Source of the DNA: Candidatus Microgenomates bacterium
GTDB lineage: Bacteria > Patescibacteriota > Microgenomatia > UBA8517
Assembly (NCBI GenBank): GCA_049519355.1
Contig: JBEKQV010000001.1
Coordinates: 64,688-128,687 of the forward strand
DNA length: 64,000 nt
Direction of reading: 5' to 3'
In this document: in pieces, positions 29,326-39,099 of the stretch
Layout: each line of letters begins with the position of its first letter
Position numbering within the stretch: position 1 is the first letter of the stretch
Program-made: the position numbers and the translations under genes
The notes under the pieces: generated by a model
Seen by the model: the letters and a program-made list of their open reading frames with translations, nothing else
What the model was told of the DNA's origin: nothing
Databases searched by the model: none

Positions 29326-29889
29326 TTATAGCCCTAATTCGGAAGAAATTCCCTGCATCGCTTTCAAGGTAATCTCAATAAAATCGTTTAGTTTAATTCC
29401 CAATTTTCCTTCACACATTTCGATTTGCTCCCTCTTTACCCCTGCGGCAAAACTCTTTTGTTTCCATTTATTTAAAACATTTTCAACAGTTACAACCGAA
29501 AGTTTTTTCTCGGGCCGGACTAAAGTGACAGCGACAATAAGCCCCGTTAGCTCATCGCAACAATAAAGTGACCATTCAAGATTATTTTTGGGAGGATTTT
29601 GTCCGGTGTGAGAATAATTGTGCGACAAAATTGCGTCCAGTGTTTCCTTATCCGTTTCTCCTTTTTCTTTCAACCACTGAGCCATCAAAACAGTGTGTTT
29701 TTCAGGAGTCTCCTTTGTTTTTTCGTAATCACCGTCATGGAGAAGACCAATAATTTCCCATTTTGCTTCATCTTCTCCAAAATGTTTAGCCAATGCCTTC
29801 ATTACAGCCGCAACGGCATAGCAATGCCTACGCAAATTTTGCGACTGCATATTTGAATGCAGAAGTTCTAAAGCTTCGCCTTTGGTCAT
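29326..29889 (-). CDS. HD-domain (HDIG) phosphohydrolase
   Basis: RHCYAVAAVM...GLLHDGDYE H...HD motif arrangement. Confidence 0.65.
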   Translation of the reverse strand: MTKGEALELLHSNMQSQNLRRHCYAVAAVMKALAKHFGEDEAKWEIIGLLHDGDYEKTKETPEKHTVLMAQWLKEKGETDKETLDAILSHNYSHTGQNPPKNNLEWSLYCCDELTGLIVAVTLVRPEKKLSVVTVENVLNKWKQKSFAAGVKREQIEMCEGKLGIKLNDFIEITLKAMQGISSELGL

Positions 29890-29895
29890 TATTAT

Positions 29896-30201
29896 TTATT
29901 TCCTGGAGGACTTCTTTCCTTTCATCTCTTTCCACTCATCCTTCATCATCATTTTAATTCTCATTTTCATAATGCAGTAAACCGCATATTTGATAAACGA
30001 AAAAAGGAAAACAACTCCGGCAACAATAATAATCCATTTAATTACCACATATGGATTAATTGACGGAAAAACAAATCCGAGTCCAAAAATAAGAAGCATT
30101 CCAAAAACAGAAAAAGAAATGGACATTAAAATATCCATTTTGAGTTGCCTTTGCATCCACTTCATCTTCATCCACTTCATGTCTTTTATATCATCTTTCA
30201 T
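29896..30201 (-). CDS. small 2-TM protein with Met/Lys/Trp-rich termini
   Basis: MKDDIKDMKWMKMKWMQRQLKMD...KMRIKMMMKDEWKEMKGKK; 4-bp overlap with lysK. Confidence 0.3.
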   Translation of the reverse strand: MKDDIKDMKWMKMKWMQRQLKMDILMSISFSVFGMLLIFGLGFVFPSINPYVVIKWIIIVAGVVFLFSFIKYAVYCIMKMRIKMMMKDEWKEMKGKKSSRK

Positions 30202-31754
30202 AAATTAATCACCTCCTTAAGTCTTGCGAGTACTTTATCTTTTCCAAGATTATAAAGCAAGAGGCCAGCTCGCGGGCCATGAGTTTTCCCAATTAGCGCC
30301 ACATAAATCGCCACAAATGCGTCTTTGGCGTTAATTTTTTTGTCCTTGGAAATTTCATAAAGACTTACCTGCATTGCTTCGGCATCTTTGCCCAATTCGT
30401 TATATTTCGCAACAACTGCATGCAAATACTCTTTCTGATCTTCGGTAAAATTCTCGACTGCTTTGGGAATTTCTTTTGTCAGATCAAACTTAAAAGTCTC
30501 GGGGGCATAATTTTCAAGCCAAACTTTCGCATATCTAATTCTTTCGGTAATTAAATCTTTCGGACTTTTGGCAAATTTATTTTTAATTTCACCGTCAGTC
30601 AATCCCTGAGATAAATAATTGGCAATTTCCCTAAATCTTGGAATTTCAACCTTATTTCTTTCGGGAAGTTCATGTTTAATCTGAGAAAGAACAAACGTTC
30701 TTGCCAGGTCGGTTTCTTTTCCGTCAATATACGCCTTCCAAGCCTCATCATAGTCGTCAAAAAGATCGGGAATCGCATCGGTTCCGTAGGGATCAAAGTT
30801 GGATTGCTCTTTATAATCTTTCCGGACAAAAAGATATCGGGCAACCGCGGCGGGCAAAATTTTAACTATGTCATGTGCCTTAAGACCTAAGCCTTTAGAG
30901 GAAGACATCTTCTTCCCACCAATGAGAAGGAACTCGTAGGGAAGCTTAAATGGAGGCGGATAGCTAAAAACTTCTCGGCAAAGCGCCATGGCAATATCAT
31001 AAGAGCCTCCCGCCGAGGCATGATCCTTTCCAGCTCCTTCTATGGTTACCCCAATAACTTTCCAGTGAGCTGCCCAGTCAACTTTCCACGGAAGCTTTCC
31101 ATTTCCCCCAAAAGGAGAAATCTTCCCGGTATGACCGCAACCTTTTGCCCAAGTTACAAGGTCTGGTTCACATTTATAAGTGACTTTCTCTCCGTCCCAT
31201 CCAGTCACTTTGGTTGTGCCCAGTTTTCCGCAATTTTCACAAATTACCTGCAAAGGAAGCCATCCTTGTTCCTTTTTGTTGCTTCCTGAGACTTTTTGAT
31301 AAATTTCCTGTATTTTTTCTCCATTATCGAGAGCTTCTTTGATTACGCCGTCAAATTTTCCTTCATGATACATGTCCCAGGAAGATAAATAGTTCGCTTC
31401 AAATCCCAAAGTTTCAAGGGATTTTTTAAGATCATTAATAAGAAAATCGGCAAGGTTTTTAAAATTGGGGTCCGGCGAAGGAACCATCTTCAGAGGTTCG
31501 CCGAAATGATCGAATAGTTTTTCTTTTAGTTCCGGAGGAAATTCATCGGCAGAGTCAAAGTCATTAAAAACGTAAGTGAGAGTCGCTTCCTGACCCGCGT
31601 CTTTTAAAGCTCGGTAAATACAGCTATGAATAACAGGGCCAAGCATAGAACCGATATGGGCAAAGCCTGAAGGGGTCTTCATATCATCAACCCAATAAGG
31701 TTGATATTTCCCCGAGTCTACAATTTCTTTAGCTACCTTATCTGCCCAATGCAT
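30198..31754 (-). CDS. lysK: lysyl-tRNA synthetase, class I (archaeal type)
   Basis: PSGFAHIGS (HIGH-like) and KMSSSKG (KMSKS-like) motifs, about 520 aa. Confidence 0.8.
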   Translation of the reverse strand: MHWADKVAKEIVDSGKYQPYWVDDMKTPSGFAHIGSMLGPVIHSCIYRALKDAGQEATLTYVFNDFDSADEFPPELKEKLFDHFGEPLKMVPSPDPNFKNLADFLINDLKKSLETLGFEANYLSSWDMYHEGKFDGVIKEALDNGEKIQEIYQKVSGSNKKEQGWLPLQVICENCGKLGTTKVTGWDGEKVTYKCEPDLVTWAKGCGHTGKISPFGGNGKLPWKVDWAAHWKVIGVTIEGAGKDHASAGGSYDIAMALCREVFSYPPPFKLPYEFLLIGGKKMSSSKGLGLKAHDIVKILPAAVARYLFVRKDYKEQSNFDPYGTDAIPDLFDDYDEAWKAYIDGKETDLARTFVLSQIKHELPERNKVEIPRFREIANYLSQGLTDGEIKNKFAKSPKDLITERIRYAKVWLENYAPETFKFDLTKEIPKAVENFTEDQKEYLHAVVAKYNELGKDAEAMQVSLYEISKDKKINAKDAFVAIYVALIGKTHGPRAGLLLYNLGKDKVLARLKEVINL

Positions 31755-31801
31755 ACCCTATTCTAGCTTCACGACGAGTATTATTCAATGGATACCGCGG
31801 C

Positions 31802-32269
31802 TTATTCGATAGCCAATATCTCGTACTGAAGTTTTCCCGCCGGAGCCTCAACTTCGACCCTATCTCCAACTTTTTTACCGGATAAAGCAATACCAAGTGG
31901 TGAGTCATGGGAAATTTTCTTATTAATAGGATCCGCTTCCCATTCGCCAACAATTTCAAAAATAGTTTTGGCACCGTTTACCTTGACGGTAACTTTAGCT
32001 CCAACAGAAACCCCGTCTTTACCGCCTTTAGCACCAGTGGAAACCACGGCTGCGGTCTTAACGACTTCGGTAAGCTCATCAATCCTTCCATCTAAAAACT
32101 CCAGCTCTTCTTTAGCACTTTGATAATCGCTGTTTTCACTCAGATCCCCTTGTGAACGGGCGTTGGCCAAACGCTCCACAAGTTTTGGCCTTTTAACATC
32201 ACGGAGCTCCTCGAGTTCTTTCCTCAAGGTTTCCAGGCCCTGTTTCGTAAGCTTTAAATCGTTTTTCAT
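31802..32269 (-). CDS. greA: transcription elongation factor GreA
   Basis: LTKQGLETLRKELEEL...SENSDYQSAKEELEFLDGRI coiled coil plus FKBP-like C-terminal domain. Confidence 0.9.
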   Translation of the reverse strand: MKNDLKLTKQGLETLRKELEELRDVKRPKLVERLANARSQGDLSENSDYQSAKEELEFLDGRIDELTEVVKTAAVVSTGAKGGKDGVSVGAKVTVKVNGAKTIFEIVGEWEADPINKKISHDSPLGIALSGKKVGDRVEVEAPAGKLQYEILAIE

Positions 32270-32280
32270 ATTCTTTTAAT

Positions 32281-32316
32281 CTAAAACAAAAGCTCTCCTT
32301 TATCTTGGAGAGCTTG
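32281..32316 (-). terminator. intrinsic terminator-like hairpin downstream of tRNA-Glu (minus strand)
   Basis: AAGCTCTCC / GGAGAGCTT 9-bp stem with 8-nt loop, followed on the minus strand by TTTGTTTT. Confidence 0.4.
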
Positions 32317-32472
32317 TAATTTACAACTTTTCTCCAAGATTAGATAACCTTAATGTGGTTATCAAAGCAATCAGTGGAGAAATAAAAAGTCATATTTTTA
32401 GGTCAACGAGGGAGATTTTAACCTTTAGGCAGGCTAATGTCAAGAAATCAAAGGGTATCATATTGTTATTTG

Positions 32473-32545
32473 TGACCCCATTGGGACTCGAACCCAAGTT
32501 ACCAGGATGAGAACCTGGTGTCCTAGACCGCTAGACGATGGGGCC
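32473..32545 (-). tRNA. tRNA-Glu (anticodon CTC), CCA not encoded
   Basis: reverse complement GGCCCCATCGTCTAGCGGTCTAGGACACCAGGTTCTCATCCTGGTAACTTGGGTTCGAGTCCCAATGGGGTCA folds as cloverleaf; anticodon loop TTCTCAT. Confidence 0.8.
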
Positions 32546-32603
32546 CTGTCGGTTAAACAAGCACAACATCTGCAGTATACCAAAATTGAAGCTGGAAAAC
32601 TAA

Positions 32604-33359
32604 TTATTGGCCAACAACCCCCGGGGCAGTTCCGTAAATTACAACTTCCGTTCCGGGATTTGCAGCCGTAGCATAAGTCGTATTGCCTTCCGTTGGAGGG
32701 TCTGCCCACTCATACAATTTCTCTGCATTTTCCGGACTGATATTGACACATCCGTGGCTCATCGGATGGCCAAAATTATTATGCCAATAGGCTCCATGGA
32801 GGCTAAAACCTTCGCCTTCTCCCACCTGGTCATTGGCAAAGAACATTACCCAGGGTACATTGGGAAGATCATAGGCATCAGCTCCCATTCCGCCGGTCAT
32901 ACGTGTGTAGCGAAGTTTTACCCAAATATGGAAAGTGCCGGTAGGCGTCGGATGCCATTTTCCGCTGGAAATAGGAAAACTCATTACAACCTGGTTATTT
33001 TGGTATGCGTAAAGCATCTGATTGGTAAGATCAACTTCAATTCTTTTAGCCTCAGGTGGAACCGTGCCGAGAACATTATTCTTAACCACCGGCTCCTCAG
33101 CAATATATGACGGGACCGAAACTTTTTCGCCCATAAATTGTCCTGTTTTCGCATTCGGGTCATAGTTACCAGAAAGATCGCTTATGCAACTAACTGAATT
33201 GGCACAGAAGGATGACTTAAATGAAAGCTTAAGAACAGTAAAACCTAATACAAAGATTGCCAAAATAGCCGTACCAATCCCCAAAAATCTGAACTTTTTT
33301 CTCGAGGATCTTTTTGACATACACTCCAGATTAGCGGATTTTACTCTTTCTGTAAACAT
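32604..33359 (-). CDS. L,D-transpeptidase (YkuD domain), membrane anchored
   Basis: catalytic ...HGTP.../...MSHGCVNISPENAEKLYEW motif; N-terminal TM. Confidence 0.75.
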   Translation of the reverse strand: MFTERVKSANLECMSKRSSRKKFRFLGIGTAILAIFVLGFTVLKLSFKSSFCANSVSCISDLSGNYDPNAKTGQFMGEKVSVPSYIAEEPVVKNNVLGTVPPEAKRIEVDLTNQMLYAYQNNQVVMSFPISSGKWHPTPTGTFHIWVKLRYTRMTGGMGADAYDLPNVPWVMFFANDQVGEGEGFSLHGAYWHNNFGHPMSHGCVNISPENAEKLYEWADPPTEGNTTYATAANPGTEVVIYGTAPGVVGQ

Positions 33360-33371
33360 AACTAAGTAAGA

Positions 33372-33400
33372 TTGATTTATGTCTTATAGTTTGATATAAT
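33372..33400 (+). promoter_or_regulatory. sigma70-like promoter (TTGATT, 17-nt spacer, TATAAT) upstream of 33441 gene
   Basis: -35 TTGATT 33372-33377, -10 TATAAT 33395-33400. Confidence 0.4.
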
Positions 33401-33440
33401 ACGTTCATTAGGTTCCCAAGAGGGAACCTTTTTTAATCAC

Positions 33441-34064
33441 ATGTTAGGCACACTTATCGGTTTACTTATGCTAATAAGGACCTCTGCCAAGCCTCAAGTT
33501 CAAGGCAGTTCGAGCGTGGTTTTGGCCTCCCACAGCTTCTCGCTTGAGGATAGGTATTCAAATACCTTCGTAAATGACGTGTTCAAAGACAACATCTTAC
33601 TTGCACTTGCCTATATGGACGGCTCCATTAAAGATAAGGCTGACATTTCCTGGAACCAAGTTGAGTCTCCTTTTAATTATGAGTTCACCCTTGAGCCTGG
33701 GCAGGAATTTGCTTTCCACGACTCTACCCTTCCCGACTACAGCGAAAACGTGGTTAAAACTACAAATGCCCACTTTATGTGGGATGAAGGCTTTAAGAGT
33801 GATGGAGATTTGACCGGAGACGGAGTTTGCCACCTAGCTTCACTTATTTATTGGACTGCAAAAGACGCAGGTTTAAATGCGTATGCACCTTCAAACCACA
33901 ACTTTGCTGTTATTCCTGACGTGCCTAAAGAGTATGGTGTTGCAATCATGAGTCCAAGTCCTTTGGGAAATTTATATATTATCGATAGCCTAGAAAAACC
34001 CGTCAGCTTCATATTCAATTACGACGGAACAAACCTTAGTGTAAGTGCTGTTGAGCAGAGCTAA
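33441..34064 (+). CDS. secreted VanW-like domain protein
   Basis: GDGVCHLASLIYWTAKDAGL resembles VanW GG(G)VCQ.S.T.YNA motif; signal peptide. Confidence 0.4.
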   Translation: MLGTLIGLLMLIRTSAKPQVQGSSSVVLASHSFSLEDRYSNTFVNDVFKDNILLALAYMDGSIKDKADISWNQVESPFNYEFTLEPGQEFAFHDSTLPDYSENVVKTTNAHFMWDEGFKSDGDLTGDGVCHLASLIYWTAKDAGLNAYAPSNHNFAVIPDVPKEYGVAIMSPSPLGNLYIIDSLEKPVSFIFNYDGTNLSVSAVEQS

Positions 34065-34071
34065 GTGTGAA

Positions 34072-36498
34072 TTAATTAGCAGCCAGAGACGTAGAAATCG
34101 GGGTAAACTTCTTTTCGAGTTTTGATTTTGGCTGCCAGTTTTTGACGGCAACCTTCAACACATCTTCCACTTCTTCGGCAAAAACGAATTTTATATCCTT
34201 TTTAACCGATTCTGGAATATCGTCCATATCTTTCCTATTATCCTTAGGGGCGATTATCGTGGTCAATCCGGCTCTATGGCCAGCAATTGACTTTTCCTTA
34301 AGCCCGCCTATTTCCATCACCCTACCCCTAAGCGTAACCTCGCCGGTCATTCCAATGTTGCGCCTGACAGGGTTCCCTGTGAGGGCCGATACCAAAGCAG
34401 TGGTAATTGCAACTCCGGCTGAAGGACCGTCCTTGGGGACCGCTCCCTCAGGAACATGAATATGGACATCTATATTTTCGGCAAAATTTGGTTTAAGGCC
34501 AAGTTCATAATAATGCGACCTGGTCCAGGTAAATGCCGCCTTCGCGCTTTCCTGCATGACGTCACCAAGCTGCCCCGTTAAAAGAAGCTTACCTTTCCCC
34601 GGCATTAATGAAACTTCGATGAAAAGTATTTCCCCACCAAATGGAGTAACCGAAAGCCCGGTGCTCATTCCGACCTCATCCTTTTTCTCGGCTATTTGCG
34701 ACGTAAATCGCTGAGATCCCAAGAACTTTCTGACATCGGCTACTTCAATTTTTCTGGGATACTTTTTCTTCTCGGCTACAAGTCTAGCCACCTTCCTGCA
34801 TACGTTGGCCAAATTTCTCTCCAGATTCCTTACCCCGGCCTCACGTGTGTAGCTTCCTATAACCTCCTTGAGACCTGCGTCGGAAATCTCAATTTTCCAA
34901 CCTTCAAGACCTTGTGCTTCAAGCTGCTTCGGCCAGAGGAATTTTCTGGCAATGTGGAACTTTTCCGTCTCGGTATAACCCGGAAAAGTAATTACTTCCA
35001 TTCTGTCCCTTAAGGGAGCCGGAATCGTATCAAGCATGTTTCCGGTACAAATAAACATTACTTCGCTCAAATCAAAAGGAACTTCAAGGTAATGATCGGA
35101 GAATTCTTTATTTTGTTCAGGATCCAGCGCCTCAAGAAGTGCGCTTGACGGATCCCCTCGAAAGTCAACTCCGATTTTATCTATTTCGTCAAGCATAAAC
35201 ACAGGATTCTTTGTACCGGCATTTTTAACACCTTGAATAATTCTCCCGGGCATAGCCCCAACGTAAGTTCGCCTATGACCTCGGATCTCAGCCTCATCCC
35301 TAATTCCACCCAAAGACACCCTGACAAATTTTCTATTCAAAGCCCTTGCAATAGACTTACCAATAGAAGTCTTACCAACCCCAGGCGGGCCTATAAAGCA
35401 AAGAATTGTAGGATGGGCCTCCGTTACACCCTTGTCATGGCCTTTCTGATCTTTTTTAAGCTTCATTACCGCCAAAAATTCCAAAATTCTCTCTTTCGCC
35501 TTCTCAATTCCATAATGGTCGTCTTCCAAAATCTTTTCGGCCTTCTTCATAGCCACATTATTGGGGGTAGCCTTGCTCCAGGGCATATCGCAGAGCCAGT
35601 CCAGGTAATTTCTAATATACGCACCCTCAGGATTATTAGGAGGCATTTCACTTAGACGCTTCAACTCTTTTTCGGCGCGCTCTTTGACATCTACCGGCAT
35701 TCCGGCTTCCTTAATTTTGATTTTGTATTCTTTAAACTCTTCGCTGCTTATTTCACCCTCTTCATCCATTTCTCCCAGTTCTTCTTCAATTGTCATTTTC
35801 TTTTCCCTAAGCATTGCTTTTTTCATCTGATCCTCAAACCTTTTTTGGGTTTTATTGGAAATTGTCCTTTCAACCTCAAGCGCATTAACTTCTTTTGCCA
35901 AATACTCCAAAACGACCTGAAGCCTTTTTCTGACATTAGTTTCTTCTAAAATTTTCTGTTTTTCGGAAGGTTTAATTTCCAGAAGAGATGCCACTTGATC
36001 ACTCATTTCAACAGGTTCAACATTACCCGAAACGAGTTTCATTACAGTCATTATTTCGGCTTGCTTGCCAAGGTTTATAGATTTTTTGAAAAGCTCTTGG
36101 AGTTTCTTGGAAAGTATACCAATTTCCGTGTTTCCCTCGATTTCCTCGGGAATTTCCTCAACTTTTCCTATCAAATACGGTTCCTGAGCAATTACTTCTT
36201 TTAGAGAAACTCTTGCCTGACCCCTAATCAGAGCGTGAATTTCACCCTCCGTCGACATCATTTGTGTAATCGTGGCAATCGTTCCGATGTTGTTGAGATC
36301 TTCAAACACAGGATCTGCAGTCCTGGGATCCCTCTGGGAAAAAATGGCAATAACTCTGTCTTCTTGAAACGCAGAATTTATTGCGGCAACGCTTTTATTC
36401 CGCCCAAAAGACAGAAGTGTATCCGTGTGCGGAAAAACAACCGAACCTCTAACCGGAACTATCGGAACCCGTCTTGTCATATCTTGTTTTACAGGCAT
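34072..36498 (-). CDS. lon: ATP-dependent protease Lon
   Basis: Walker A GPPGVGKTS, proteolytic PKDGPSAG Ser site, 808 aa. Confidence 0.95.
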   Translation of the reverse strand: MPVKQDMTRRVPIVPVRGSVVFPHTDTLLSFGRNKSVAAINSAFQEDRVIAIFSQRDPRTADPVFEDLNNIGTIATITQMMSTEGEIHALIRGQARVSLKEVIAQEPYLIGKVEEIPEEIEGNTEIGILSKKLQELFKKSINLGKQAEIMTVMKLVSGNVEPVEMSDQVASLLEIKPSEKQKILEETNVRKRLQVVLEYLAKEVNALEVERTISNKTQKRFEDQMKKAMLREKKMTIEEELGEMDEEGEISSEEFKEYKIKIKEAGMPVDVKERAEKELKRLSEMPPNNPEGAYIRNYLDWLCDMPWSKATPNNVAMKKAEKILEDDHYGIEKAKERILEFLAVMKLKKDQKGHDKGVTEAHPTILCFIGPPGVGKTSIGKSIARALNRKFVRVSLGGIRDEAEIRGHRRTYVGAMPGRIIQGVKNAGTKNPVFMLDEIDKIGVDFRGDPSSALLEALDPEQNKEFSDHYLEVPFDLSEVMFICTGNMLDTIPAPLRDRMEVITFPGYTETEKFHIARKFLWPKQLEAQGLEGWKIEISDAGLKEVIGSYTREAGVRNLERNLANVCRKVARLVAEKKKYPRKIEVADVRKFLGSQRFTSQIAEKKDEVGMSTGLSVTPFGGEILFIEVSLMPGKGKLLLTGQLGDVMQESAKAAFTWTRSHYYELGLKPNFAENIDVHIHVPEGAVPKDGPSAGVAITTALVSALTGNPVRRNIGMTGEVTLRGRVMEIGGLKEKSIAGHRAGLTTIIAPKDNRKDMDDIPESVKKDIKFVFAEEVEDVLKVAVKNWQPKSKLEKKFTPISTSLAAN

Positions 36499-36575
36499 AT
36501 TTTAGCAGTCTAAATGATCGATTGCTAATTGTCAAGTCTGCTTTTATCCTTTCATTTCATGGTATCATTTAATTA

Positions 36576-36941
36576 ATGAAATCAAACCATTCACTCGTCA
36601 AAAGTTTCCGGTTTGCATTCGACGGATTGAAAGTTACATTCGTGAGAGGCAGAAATTTCAGAATTCAAGTAGCTTTAGGCACTTTAGCGGTTATCCTCGG
36701 CGTTTTATTTAAAATATCAGATTTTGATTGGGTTGATTTAATTCTAATTATTGCGGCGGTTCTTATTTTGGAACTGCTTAATACTTCAATCGAAGCGATA
36801 GTGGATATTGTAAGTCCCGAAATTCAAGAAAAGGCCAAGATCGCAAAAGATGTTTCCGCAGCAGCAGTTTTGATAGCTTCGTTTGCCGCTATTGTAATAG
36901 GGGCTATATTTTTCCTGCCTAAAATCCTAAGTTTTCTTTAA
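36576..36941 (+). CDS. dgkA: diacylglycerol/undecaprenol kinase
   Basis: 121-aa 3-TM protein, FAFDGLKV...E..NTSIE motifs of DgkA. Confidence 0.8.
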   Translation: MKSNHSLVKSFRFAFDGLKVTFVRGRNFRIQVALGTLAVILGVLFKISDFDWVDLILIIAAVLILELLNTSIEAIVDIVSPEIQEKAKIAKDVSAAAVLIASFAAIVIGAIFFLPKILSFL

Positions 36942-37533
36942 CGATAATCATTGTTATTCTTCCGGGTCTAAACTCATTATTAAAAATCAGTAGTTTTCCT
37001 ATGTTGCTTCCTTTAGCATTCCCCAAGCCCCTCTGACGTTCAGACTCTTTCGGAAGCGAATATTCATAGACCCTTCTAATCCCCTCATCCCAATTTTTGA
37101 CAATTTTTTGAGATCCCACTACCCATATAACATGGGGTGAGGCATAGGCATAAACTCCCAACTGACTTCCAGTATTACTGGCAATAAAAACATGTCCATC
37201 GGCACTGACCGCATGAACACTCCCCAACGTCCAATCGGGGGCCGCTCCCAATTTTTGCATTTTAACGCCTTGTGTTGCTCTATCCATTTTCATTAACTTT
37301 GCCTTAACCGAATTGTAATTTCCGGATTTGTTAATTTCTTTAGTAATTCCGGCTGCCTCGAGAGTTTGTGAAGATATTGTCATTACTTCGGCGCCTTTTG
37401 GAAGAATTTCCAAAACTTTCCGTCTGGCTTCCTCGGCATTTTCCACAACAAATACTTCAACCCCCTCCACTGTTAATGAAGTCTTGGTTTTTTGGATTGA
37501 CTCGTCACTTGCAAGTTGAGACCAGTTCTTCAT
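36919..37533 (-). CDS. LUD (LutC/YkgG-like, DUF162) domain protein
   Basis: length and conserved pattern (...GSVHAVSADGHVFIASNTGSQL...) reminiscent of LUD domain. Confidence 0.4.
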   Translation of the reverse strand: MKNWSQLASDESIQKTKTSLTVEGVEVFVVENAEEARRKVLEILPKGAEVMTISSQTLEAAGITKEINKSGNYNSVKAKLMKMDRATQGVKMQKLGAAPDWTLGSVHAVSADGHVFIASNTGSQLGVYAYASPHVIWVVGSQKIVKNWDEGIRRVYEYSLPKESERQRGLGNAKGSNIGKLLIFNNEFRPGRITMIIVKENLGF

Positions 37534-37584
37534 AACCTTAATTTTACACCAAAAATTTCCTTATCGGGATAAAAAGTTGTATAA

Positions 37585-39099
37585 ATGCTAACTATGGATA
37601 AATCTTTAGTAGCCTTGACTTCGCTTCTCACCTATGGCCAGGGAGAGAAATCTGAGAGTGAAACTGTCAACGATTTTGTGGGGACTTTGGCCCGGGCTTA
37701 CGAAAAAGCCAGAAATGCGCTTGAATACAGAGCCGATAATCTTGTCCGGCGTGCTGCAATTGAGCGGATTTTAAGGAGAAGAATCCTTCTAAATAAAGAT
37801 CCTCATACCCTTACAGAAAAGCTTTTAACGGAACTCAAGTGGGCAAGATATCTATCGACCGATGAAGTGAAAAACACAAAAAGACTGGGGCTCGAAAAAA
37901 TCCTGGGAAAATATATTTCCTTCCTTAACAATTCTGTTCCAACTGAATGGGTTGTGAAAATTGCCTCTGCAGAAATTGAAGAGTTTTTTAACTTAAACAC
38001 AGATTACAAGCAATTTACTTTTTTCGCATTTCAGATAATTAAGCAGAAAATTGCTATTCATGATGAAAACATTGATTTGCTTATCTACTATGCGGTTGAC
38101 AAAGTCTACGCAGGATCGGACGACGAACAAATTGCATACCATATCTTGAAGTTAGCAGGTGAAAACACAACTAAAGAAATGTTTAAAGAAGCCTGGAGAC
38201 TTTTTCAATTGGCCAAAACAAACAAAAATGTTTCCAGAATCGGAAAGTTTGTACGTCGCCAGATGCCGCCTTTGGTACTTCTCAGAGACATTTATTTTTA
38301 TAAACCGTTGGATTTCAAGGAAGTCGTTGCCGATTCTACAAAATTTAAAACCCGTGCGGGTGAAGTTTTAAAAATACAGTTAGAACAGCTTTCGGGTAGG
38401 ATTAGAACTGCAGGAACCCGCAGTGTGATTTATGTTTTTCTTACAAAAATGATCTTGGCATTTGGATTGGAAGTTCCTCTGGAAATATTTTTTTACCAGC
38501 ACTTACACGGACTGCCTTTGGCAATAAACTTGGCCTTTCCGCCGCTTCTAATGCTTTTTGCCACTACTCAGATTAAACTTCCGTCGAAAAAAGAAGAAGA
38601 AGATTTAATCGCACGAACTTGGACAATTATTTCCAATCCGGACTCGCTTAAGATGGAAGATGATATTTTAATTGACACCGACAGTGATCAGGAAAAAGGA
38701 CTGGGGTGGTGGTTCTTTTCTATTCTTTACGGAATCTGCTTTGTAGGCGTCTTTGCATTAATATTCTTTGCCCTTGGAAAAATCGGTTTTACATTTTTCA
38801 GTAAAACAATATTTATTTTCTTCCTTTGCGTAATTGCTTTTTTTGCCTACAGGATTATACAAATTGCCAACGTTTATTCGTGGAAAAATAACGGTAGAGA
38901 AAAATCAAGTTTCTCCGATATTCTTGCAATCCCCATTCTTGCAATTGGTAGCCGGTTGAGCCAGGGTCTTTCCAAACTAAACTTTTTAGCATTCGCATTT
39001 GATTTCATACTTGAAGCACCTTTCAAACTTATCCTAGGCTTTTTGGACGATTGGGTTCAATTTCTGTCCTTGAAGAAAGAAGAACAAATTATCGAATAG
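37585..39099 (+). CDS. hypothetical protein with C-terminal multi-TM region
   Basis: 504 aa, soluble N-terminal half, about 5 C-terminal TM helices; no family recognised. Confidence 0.35.
   Translation: MLTMDKSLVALTSLLTYGQGEKSESETVNDFVGTLARAYEKARNALEYRADNLVRRAAIERILRRRILLNKDPHTLTEKLLTELKWARYLSTDEVKNTKRLGLEKILGKYISFLNNSVPTEWVVKIASAEIEEFFNLNTDYKQFTFFAFQIIKQKIAIHDENIDLLIYYAVDKVYAGSDDEQIAYHILKLAGENTTKEMFKEAWRLFQLAKTNKNVSRIGKFVRRQMPPLVLLRDIYFYKPLDFKEVVADSTKFKTRAGEVLKIQLEQLSGRIRTAGTRSVIYVFLTKMILAFGLEVPLEIFFYQHLHGLPLAINLAFPPLLMLFATTQIKLPSKKEEEDLIARTWTIISNPDSLKMEDDILIDTDSDQEKGLGWWFFSILYGICFVGVFALIFFALGKIGFTFFSKTIFIFFLCVIAFFAYRIIQIANVYSWKNNGREKSSFSDILAIPILAIGSRLSQGLSKLNFLAFAFDFILEAPFKLILGFLDDWVQFLSLKKEEQIIE

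Noticed and set aside
32607-33110. 167-aa + strand ORF antisense to the L,D-transpeptidase
   Set aside because: Lies within the Ldt gene on the opposite strand, which has a clear catalytic SHGC motif; no features of its own.
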